IMG/VR virus record: IMGVR_UViG_2778261065_000029
Location: 1-22,545 of that record
Length of the DNA: 22,545 bases
Direction: 5' to 3' (one strand)
Origin: a virus
Lineage: Duplodnaviria; Heunggongvirae; Uroviricota; Caudoviricetes
In this document: piece by piece, positions 14,944 to 22,545 of the stretch
Layout of the letters: every line of letters starts with the position of its first letter
How positions within the stretch are numbered: position 1 is the first letter of the stretch
The notes under the pieces: generated by a model
What the model saw: only the letters and a program-made list of their open reading frames with translations
What the model was told of the DNA's origin: nothing
The model's database searches: none
Program-made: the position numbers and the translations under genes

Positions 14944-15020
14944 TGGCGTGGCATGCAGGATTCGAACCTGCGACCGACCGCTTAGAAGGCGGTTGCTCTG
15001 TCCAACTGAGCTAATGCCAC
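14944..15020 (-). tRNA. tRNA-Arg (anticodon UCU), argU-like, with encoded CCA
   Basis: Minus-strand 77-nt sequence GTGGCATTAGCTCAGTTGGACAGAGCAACCGCCTTCTAAGCGGTCGGTCGCAGGTTCGAATCCTGCATGCCACGCCA folds as a cloverleaf: 7-bp acceptor stem GTGGCAT/ATGCCAC, D-arm GCTC/GAGC, anticodon stem ACCGC/GCGGT with loop CUUCUAA, T-arm GCAGG-TTCGAAT-CCTGC. Near-identical to E. coli argU apart from stem substitutions (from memory). Confidence 0.85.
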
Positions 15021-15342
15021 AACGCTGAGAGCACTTAGCCTGTTAAGGCGCCACACTTTGTCGCGGCTCCATAAATGCTCTCATCGTTGCACCCTCGTCT
15101 CTTCCGAGGCGTCACACCGAATCGCCGGGATGGTGAATCCCCGTGCGCGGAATAAAACCGCTCGACTTGCACATTCCGGCTACCTGGTTCGTTTGCCCGA
15201 GCAAGGGAGGGTGCCCATTAAACGTATCCAGACCGCTATCGGCGCATGTGCCATACGCCGTACTGCTCAAAATAAAATCTCACTCCACCTGTTCAATTTA
15301 ACGACAAGCCAGTCAGGTTAATAACAGGAATGCACTCTCTGC

Positions 15343-15357
15343 TTACCTGAAAGGTAA
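15343..15357. promoter_or_regulatory. Operator-like palindrome TTACC-TGAAA-GGTAA upstream of the head-gene operon
   Basis: Perfect copy about 90 bp upstream of the first head-module ORF; GGTAATAATT is repeated again at 15415-15424. Confidence 0.45.
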
Positions 15358-15447
15358 TAATTCGTGCGTTAAATGTCAACTGTCTACGATAAATAAATCA
15401 TATGTGGTTAAATTGGTAATAATTTAATTGCGTACGGAGTCATTGAT

Positions 15448-15654
15448 ATGTGCATGGGTAGCTCACCATCAGTGCCTGCAACACCAGAAGTTCAGGCAGC
15501 ACCACAGGAGCAGGATGCCGCCGTTGTTGATGCCCGCGACGAAGAAACACGTCGCCGTCGCGCTGCTGCTGGTCGTAGTTCTACGCTGCTTACCGGTTCT
15601 CAGGGTGACACATCAACCGCTAATACCAGCGGTAAAACGCTGCTTGGTCAGTAA
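15448..15654 (+). CDS. Hypothetical small protein (68 aa), low-complexity, first gene of the head operon
   Basis: ATG preceded by GGAGTCATTGAT. Ala/Gln/Thr/Arg-rich and likely disordered (MCMGSSPSVPATPEVQAAPQEQD...). Confidence 0.45.
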   Translation: MCMGSSPSVPATPEVQAAPQEQDAAVVDARDEETRRRRAAAGRSSTLLTGSQGDTSTANTSGKTLLGQ

Positions 15655-15668
15655 CCGGAGTCATTGAA

Positions 15669-17348
15669 ATGGCGGAAACAACTAAAGAGCGATTGAACAA
15701 ACAGTTCGCACAACTTGAAAGCGAGCGTCAGTCGTTCGAGCCGCACTGGCGCGAGTTGAGTGATTACATCAACCCGCGTGGTTCCCGCTTTCTGACTTCT
15801 GAGGTCAACCGTAACGATCGACGCAATACACGCATTATTGATTCGACCGGGACTATGGCGGCGCGCACTCTCGCCAGCGGCATGATGTCAGGCATCACAA
15901 GCCCCGCGCGTCCGTGGTTTCGCCTGGCTACGCCAGATCCTGAAATGATGGATTATGGCCCTGTTAAGTTGTGGCTTGAGGCGGTGCAGAACCGCATGAA
16001 CGATATGTTCAATAAGTCGAATCTCTATCAGTCGCTGCCGCAGTTATACGGAAGCCTCGGCACATACAGCACTGGTGCAATGGCGGTACTGGAGGATGAC
16101 GATGACATCATTCGCACAATGCCATTCCCGATAGGCAGTTACTACCTGGCTAACTCACCTCGTGGCAGTGTGGACACCTGTTTTCGCAAGTTCTCTATGA
16201 CTGTTCGTCAGCTTGTTCAGGAGTTCGGGCTAAATAACGTCAGCGAATCCGTAAAAAGCATGTGGGAAAGCGGCACCTACGAGAAGTGGATTGAAGTGAT
16301 GCATTCGGTTTACCCGAACATTGACCGCGATACATCGAAGCTGGATAGCAAGAACAAGCCATTCAAATCGGTTTATTACGAGGTTGGCGGTGATAACGAC
16401 AAGTTGTTGCGTGAGTCAGGATTCGATGAGTTTCCAATTATGGCTCCGCGCTGGGAAGTTAACGGCGAAGATGTTTATGGATCATCATGCCCGGGTATGC
16501 TGGCGCTTGGACCTGTTAAGGCATTGCAGCTTCTCCAGAAGCGCAAGTCGCAGTTGATTGATAAAGCCACCAATCCGCCGATGATTGCTCCGACTTCCCT
16601 CAAGAATCAGCGCGCCTCCCTTCTTCCTGGCGACATCACGTATATCGATCAGATTACTGGTCAGGATGGTTTCAGGCCTGCTTATCTGGTTAACCCCAGT
16701 ACAGCAGATCTGGTGGCAGACATTCAGGACACTCGTCAAATCATTAACAGTGCCTACTTTGTCGATCTGTTCATGATGTTGCAGAACATCAATACCCGTT
16801 CGATGCCTGTTGAAGCGGTGATCGAAATGAAAGAAGAAAAACTTCTGATGTTGGGGCCGGTTCTGGAGCGTCTGAACGACGAATGTCTTAATCCTCTCAT
16901 TGACCGCGCTTTCTCGATGATGGTGCGTAAAAACATGCTGCCGCCCCCGCCTGACGCGATGGAAGGTATGCCCCTGAAGGTCGAATACATTTCCGTCATG
17001 GCTCAGGCGCAGAAGTCTATCGGCCTGTCCAGTCTGGCGTCTACGGTCAACTTCATTGGTCAACTTGCGCAAGCGAAACCAGAAGCTCTCGACAAACTCA
17101 ACGTTGATCAGGCAATCGATGCATTCGCTGATATGTCCGGAGTGTCTCCAACCGTCATTGTTCCGCAGGAACAGGTTGAGCAGGCTCGCCAGCAACGGGC
17201 ACAGCAACAACAGCAGCAACAAATGATGGAGATGGGGATGGCGGCGGCACAGGGTGCCAAGACGCTAAGCGAAGCTAAAACTTCGGATCCGAGTGTTTTG
17301 TCAGCTATGGCGAATGCAGTTAGTGGTCAGGGTGGGCAATCACAATGA
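15669..17348 (+). CDS. Portal (head-to-tail connector) protein, podovirus/T7 gp8-like
   Basis: 559-aa ORF downstream of the terminase module. Q-rich C-terminal tail (QARQQRAQQQQQQQMMEMGMAAAQGA) resembles the T7 gp8 C-terminus as recalled. Ribosome-binding site GGAGTCATTGAA. Confidence 0.75.
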   Translation: MAETTKERLNKQFAQLESERQSFEPHWRELSDYINPRGSRFLTSEVNRNDRRNTRIIDSTGTMAARTLASGMMSGITSPARPWFRLATPDPEMMDYGPVKLWLEAVQNRMNDMFNKSNLYQSLPQLYGSLGTYSTGAMAVLEDDDDIIRTMPFPIGSYYLANSPRGSVDTCFRKFSMTVRQLVQEFGLNNVSESVKSMWESGTYEKWIEVMHSVYPNIDRDTSKLDSKNKPFKSVYYEVGGDNDKLLRESGFDEFPIMAPRWEVNGEDVYGSSCPGMLALGPVKALQLLQKRKSQLIDKATNPPMIAPTSLKNQRASLLPGDITYIDQITGQDGFRPAYLVNPSTADLVADIQDTRQIINSAYFVDLFMMLQNINTRSMPVEAVIEMKEEKLLMLGPVLERLNDECLNPLIDRAFSMMVRKNMLPPPPDAMEGMPLKVEYISVMAQAQKSIGLSSLASTVNFIGQLAQAKPEALDKLNVDQAIDAFADMSGVSPTVIVPQEQVEQARQQRAQQQQQQQMMEMGMAAAQGAKTLSEAKTSDPSVLSAMANAVSGQGGQSQ

Positions 17349-17641
17349 CAGATTACGAAGACGATCAACTGAAAGAAGAAAACGCCCGTAAGCAACGTGA
17401 CATGGCACAACGTGAAATTGATGACATTCGCTTTGTCATGAGCAGTGAACAGGGGCGTCGCGTTGTCTGGTCTGTGCTGGAGAAAGGCCGGGTGTTTTCC
17501 GCTATCTCTCCGATGGATGCTATGGCAATGGCATTTAATGAGGGGCAACGCAATCTGGCGCTGGAACTGTTTCAGCGCGTTATGGCGCATTGCCCTGAAC
17601 AGTATTTGAAGATGGCCAAAGAGGCCAGTGAACAGGAGTGA
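17345..17641 (+). CDS. Hypothetical protein (98 aa) between portal and scaffold
   Basis: ATG overlaps the portal stop (ATGA); acidic, helical-looking sequence. Confidence 0.5.
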   Translation: MTDYEDDQLKEENARKQRDMAQREIDDIRFVMSSEQGRRVVWSVLEKGRVFSAISPMDAMAMAFNEGQRNLALELFQRVMAHCPEQYLKMAKEASEQE

Positions 17642-17643
17642 TC

Positions 17644-18339
17644 ATGAATTTATTTGAGCGTTTGCTGTATCGCCGTCTTTGCAATGAGCAACCAGTCGAT
17701 GGTGGAGCAGCTCCGGCTGCGTCAGAACCGTCAGCGCCTGCAGGTGATAACCCTGCTCCAGTTGGTGATCCATCACAATCGGAAGGTGATAAGCCACAAC
17801 CTGTTGCTGATGGCGATAAACCTGCTGATGACAAAAAGCCTGAAAACGATAAGCAGGATGAAAAAAAGGACGGCGATAAACCAGAGGGTGCGCCTGAGAA
17901 GTACGAGTTTCAGGCTGCCGAAGGCGTAGAGCTGGATACAGAAGCGTTGAAGGAATTCGAGCCGGTGGCGCGAGAACTTAACCTGACCAACGAGCAAGCG
18001 CAAAAGCTGGTTGATGCTTATCCGAAGATTCTGGCAGGTGTGCAGCAGCGCCAGGCAGAAGCCTGGCAGAAAACAACCGAGCAGTGGGCTGCTGATGTAA
18101 AAGCTGACAAAGAAATCGGTGGCGACAAGTTGATTTCTAACCTTAGCGCCGCACAGCGTGCGCTTGACCAGTTCGGGACACCTGAACTCAAAGAATATCT
18201 GAACACCACCGGGCTGGGTAATCACCCTGATCTGGTCAAAACGTTCGTGAAAATCGGAAAGGCGATGTCTGAAGATGGCATGGTCACCGGTGGTAATGAA
18301 GGCCAGCGTAGTGCGGCCGAAGTGCTCTATGGCAAATAA
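17644..18339 (+). CDS. Scaffolding protein candidate
   Basis: Acidic, Pro/Asp/Lys-rich low-complexity N-terminal half followed by a helical C-terminal half, positioned between portal and major capsid. ATG 17644 with AGGAG 5 nt upstream. Confidence 0.55.
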   Translation: MNLFERLLYRRLCNEQPVDGGAAPAASEPSAPAGDNPAPVGDPSQSEGDKPQPVADGDKPADDKKPENDKQDEKKDGDKPEGAPEKYEFQAAEGVELDTEALKEFEPVARELNLTNEQAQKLVDAYPKILAGVQQRQAEAWQKTTEQWAADVKADKEIGGDKLISNLSAAQRALDQFGTPELKEYLNTTGLGNHPDLVKTFVKIGKAMSEDGMVTGGNEGQRSAAEVLYGK

Positions 18340-18353
18340 GAGAGGAAATGACA

Positions 18354-19340
18354 ATGGCTGTTAAAGGCTTAACTGCGCTAACGCTGGCTGACTGGGGTAA
18401 GCGCGTCGATCCAAACGGGAAAGTCGATAAGATTATCGAGCTTCTCGGTCAAACTAACCCGATCCTTCAGGATATGCCTTTTGTCGAAGGGAACCTTCCT
18501 ACCGGACACCGAACCACCATTCGTTCTGGTTTACCTTCAGCTACCTGGCGTTTGCTGAACTATGGCGTACAGCCAAGCAAATCAACCACAGTGCAGGTAA
18601 CCGATTCCGTTGGCATGCTGGAAACCTATGCTGAAGTCGATAAGTCACTGGCTGATCTGAACGGCAATACCGCCGAATTCCGCCTGTCTGAAGACCGCGC
18701 ATTTATTGAAGCGATGAATCAGCAGATGGCGCAGACGCTGTTTTATGGTGATTCCAGCGTTAACCCTCAGCAGTTTATGGGACTGTCCTCCCGCTATTCC
18801 AGCCTGTCTGCGGGTAATGCTCAGAACATCATTGATGCTGGTGGCACGGGTACAGATAACACCTCAATCTGGTTAGTGGTGTGGGGCGAAAACACCGTGC
18901 ATGGCATCTTCCCGAAAGGGCAGAAGGCTGGCATCCAGATGGAAGATAAAGGCCAGGTGACACTGGAAGATGCTAATGGCGGCAAGTACGAAGGCTATCG
19001 CACCCATTATAAATGGGATAACGGACTTGCTCTGCGTGACTGGCGTTATGTTGTTCGCATTGCAAACATCGATGTCAGCAATCTTTCAGAACCTTCCTCT
19101 GCCGCAAATATTGCGAAGTTGATGGTTAAAGCACTGCATCGCATTCCAAACCGTGGCATGGGCCGCCCGGTGTTCTACATGAACCGCACTGTAGGCCAGG
19201 CTCTTGATCTGCAATCTCTGGAGAAAACATCTCTGGCGATCAGCGTAAAAGAGACAGAAGGCGAGTGGTGGACTTCATTCCGTGGTGTACCAATCCGTGA
19301 AACTGATGCGCTTCTGGAAACAGAAGCCCGCGTGGTGTAA
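18354..19340 (+). CDS. Major capsid protein candidate
   Basis: ~329-aa ORF immediately after the scaffold gene. Start chosen at ATG 18354 (GAGG 8 nt upstream) rather than 18348. Call is by position, size and composition, not a recognised motif. Confidence 0.65.
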   Translation: MAVKGLTALTLADWGKRVDPNGKVDKIIELLGQTNPILQDMPFVEGNLPTGHRTTIRSGLPSATWRLLNYGVQPSKSTTVQVTDSVGMLETYAEVDKSLADLNGNTAEFRLSEDRAFIEAMNQQMAQTLFYGDSSVNPQQFMGLSSRYSSLSAGNAQNIIDAGGTGTDNTSIWLVVWGENTVHGIFPKGQKAGIQMEDKGQVTLEDANGGKYEGYRTHYKWDNGLALRDWRYVVRIANIDVSNLSEPSSAANIAKLMVKALHRIPNRGMGRPVFYMNRTVGQALDLQSLEKTSLAISVKETEGEWWTSFRGVPIRETDALLETEARVV

Positions 19341-19356
19341 CGCCTGTTATTAACCT

Positions 19357-19376
19357 GTGGGTCGTAACAGACCCAC
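19357..19376 (+). other. Stable hairpin just downstream of the capsid gene
   Basis: GTGGGTC-GTAACA-GACCCAC, with no U-tract; possibly an mRNA-stabilising or processing structure. Confidence 0.35.
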
Positions 19377-19391
19377 TAATGGAGAAAGAAG

Positions 19392-19829
19392 ATGATCACC
19401 GACAAACTGTTGATGTTCTCCGAAGCTCAGGCGGTTACGAATACCGCGGCTTCTACTGACGTAATCGATCTCGGTCCAATTGACGGAAAACGTCGTGATA
19501 TCGGCGTGGGTTACCCGCTTGAGTTTTGGGCGCTGGTTAACACAGCCGCCGCGGCAAGCGGTGATGCAACTGTAAACATCCAGTTGCAGACGAGTGAGAA
19601 TAACAGCTCATGGACCACTATTTATGATAGTGGCGCACTGGCAAAGACCGCCCTGACAGCAGGTAAACGAGTTGTTTCTGCAAAGGTGCCTGCCGGTGTT
19701 CAGCGATATCTGCGTGTTAACTACTCCGTCGCAACTGGCCCACTAACGGCTGGCGAATTCACTGCTGGTATCAGTCTTGATGTTGATGCCAATACGCCGT
19801 ATCCGATCCGCTCAAAAGTAACTGGTTAA
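19392..19829 (+). CDS. Hypothetical virion protein (145 aa), possible capsid decoration or accessory protein
   Basis: GGAGAAAG ribosome-binding site; Thr/Ser/Ala/Val-rich composition; located between the capsid and tail-tube genes. Confidence 0.5.
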   Translation: MITDKLLMFSEAQAVTNTAASTDVIDLGPIDGKRRDIGVGYPLEFWALVNTAAAASGDATVNIQLQTSENNSSWTTIYDSGALAKTALTAGKRVVSAKVPAGVQRYLRVNYSVATGPLTAGEFTAGISLDVDANTPYPIRSKVTG

Positions 19830-19839
19830 GGTGATATCG

Positions 19840-20175
19840 ATGTCAGGTGAGAAACCAAGATACCGCGTTATGCGCCTCTCTCATATCCATAACACTCTGT
19901 GGCCGGAGGGGGCAGAAATCGAATACGAAGGTGAGCCTGGTAGCGCACTGGAACCTGTTAACGATGCAGCCAGACAGGCAAAAGCAAAGGTAGCAGGAAA
20001 GGTGACTATGGCAGCAACCAGCACCAAAATCATCAACGATGTGTCAGATGATGGTGAACTGGATAAGCTCCGTGAAGAGTACGAATTGCTCTTTAACGAG
20101 GAGCCACACCATAACGCCAAAGCCGAAACGCTCCGCGAGAAGATCGCAGATAAGCGTAAAGAACTGGGCGTGTAA
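19840..20175 (+). CDS. Hypothetical protein (111 aa)
   Basis: ATG 19840 with AGGTGA upstream; charged, helical C-terminus. Confidence 0.5.
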   Translation: MSGEKPRYRVMRLSHIHNTLWPEGAEIEYEGEPGSALEPVNDAARQAKAKVAGKVTMAATSTKIINDVSDDGELDKLREEYELLFNEEPHHNAKAETLREKIADKRKELGV

Positions 20176-20191
20176 GCCTCGCGAATCAGAC

Positions 20192-20213
20192 AAGGGGCTT
20201 CGGCCCCTTTATT
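20192..20213 (+). terminator. Intrinsic terminator within the structural operon
   Basis: Hairpin AAGGGGC-TTCG-GCCCCTT followed by TATT. Confidence 0.5.
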
Positions 20214-20225
20214 GCAGGAGTGTAT

Positions 20226-20549
20226 ATGGAACTCGTAAACCTCAAAACCGGCACTGACAGCTACCAGGATGAGAGCGGAGAAACCAGAACTCGCGATGAA
20301 TACCCGTGGGGGCTGTGCATCACTCTTAATAACGACACATTGAATAAGCTGAAGGCACAACCTCAGGGCGTCGGAACAGAAGTGATGATAACTGCAAAGG
20401 CTGTTATTCGAGGCCTGTCTGCCAGAGAAACTGACGATGGTGTTAATCGCAGCGCCGATCTGCAGATCACTGATATGGCGATCGCTCCTGTTTCCAGGGA
20501 TGTAGAAAAATCAGCGGCTGAAACCCTGTACGGCAATGGGGGTGAGTAA
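20226..20549 (+). CDS. Hypothetical protein (107 aa)
   Basis: ATG 20226 with AGGAG 5 nt upstream; stop overlaps the next start (TAATG). Confidence 0.5.
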   Translation: MELVNLKTGTDSYQDESGETRTRDEYPWGLCITLNNDTLNKLKAQPQGVGTEVMITAKAVIRGLSARETDDGVNRSADLQITDMAIAPVSRDVEKSAAETLYGNGGE

Positions 20550-21153
20550 TGGCCTCTGTAGTAGAGATCTGCAATCGTGCGCTGTCCAATATTGGCAATA
20601 GCCGCAGCATTAACAGCCTGACGGAAGCCAGTAAGGAAGCGGGGGAATGTTCGCTGCACTTTGAGGCCTGCCGTGATGCTGTGCTTTCTGATTTTGACTG
20701 GAACTTTGCTACCAAACGCGTGGCGCTTGCAGATACGAGCAATCCACCGCCTGACTGGGAATATGCGTATCAGTACCCGTCAGATTGTCTGCGCATTACT
20801 GAAATTATGCTTCCTGGTGTACGCAATCCAACAGCAGCAATGCGCGTTCAGTACGAAGTTGGTGCAGACACCGACGGAACAGGAAAGTTGATCTACACAG
20901 ACCAGCCGCAGGCATGGCTCAAGTATGTCTCTCGCGTTTCAGATGTGAACATGTTTGATGCCATTTTTATGGAGGCGTTGGCCTGGCGTCTTGCGGCAGC
21001 CATTAACATGGCGCTGACTGGGAATGCGGATCTCGGTACATTTGCTCTCAATATGTACAATCGCGTGATTCTTAGTGCTGGCTCGCATAGCCAGAATGAA
21101 TCACAGGAACCACAGCCACCGGTTGACGAGTTTACCATTGCGAGGTTGTCCTG

Positions 21154-21154
<1 letters not shown>
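20549..21154 (+). CDS. Tail tubular protein A-like (T7 gp11-like); tentative
   Basis: 201-aa ORF. The N-terminal pattern (ICNRALSNIGNSRSINSLTE...DFDWNFA) is similar in size and pattern to the T7 gp11 N-terminus as recalled (remote, unverified). Followed directly by a large gp12-like ORF. Confidence 0.45.

Positions 21155-22545
<1,391 letters not shown>

Noticed and set aside
15058-15321. 87-aa plus-strand ORF in the tRNA-upstream intergenic region, and ORF 14763..15014 overlapping the tRNA
   Set aside because: No ribosome-binding site, unusual composition, and overlap with the tRNA gene and its flanking hairpins; the region is more likely regulatory or non-coding.
16485-17222. 245-aa minus-strand ORF in the track
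   Set aside because: Antisense to the portal gene; His/Arg-rich composition typical of reverse-frame artefacts.

Overview
This window reads as a temperate-phage (prophage) segment running from its integrase into the tail genes, truncated at the right edge. All calls are from reading the sequence and recalling protein families from memory; no database search was run.

Layout, left to right:
- 1-1251 (+): P4-like tyrosine integrase.
- 1255-5991 (-): a tightly coupled leftward early operon: small ORF, E/A/R/K-rich coiled-coil protein, small ORF, PD-(D/E)XK exonuclease, RecT/Redbeta annealing protein, AlpA/Xis-like protein, small ORF, MT-A70-type adenine methyltransferase, small ORF.
- 6145-7114: immunity switch with a CI-like repressor (two HTH motifs, no LexA-type peptidase domain) divergent from a Cro-like gene.
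- 7265-9054 (+): replication module with an initiator (winged-HTH N-terminus, DnaT-like C-terminus, internal iteron-like repeats) and a lambda P-like helicase loader.
- 9172-12091 (+): nin-like accessory genes (DUF1064, coiled-coil protein, zinc-ribbon, DUF551, Cys-cluster regulator candidate).
- 12210-14278 (+): terminase small and large subunits.
- 14369-15020 (-): a reverse-oriented cargo locus with an argU-like tRNA-Arg(UCU) and a 123-aa ORF.
- 15448-22545 (+): a podovirus-type (T7-like) head and tail-tube module: portal, scaffold, major capsid, gp11-like and a gp12-like ORF that runs off the window and is absent from the supplied ORF track.

Most notable observations:
- A 15-bp palindrome TTACC-N5-GGTAA recurs nine times, always intergenic and at operon starts (PL-like, the PR/PRM-like switch, replication, nin-like, head genes), suggesting one regulator gates every operon directly.
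- An identical palindrome GTGACATGTCAC sits next to an intrinsic terminator on both flanks of the terminase module.
- Iteron-like tandem repeats lie inside the replication initiator gene.
- A GC hairpin plus U-tract sits directly upstream of the ribosome-binding site of the 123-aa cargo ORF.

No CRISPR array, rRNA or obvious lysis cassette was seen.
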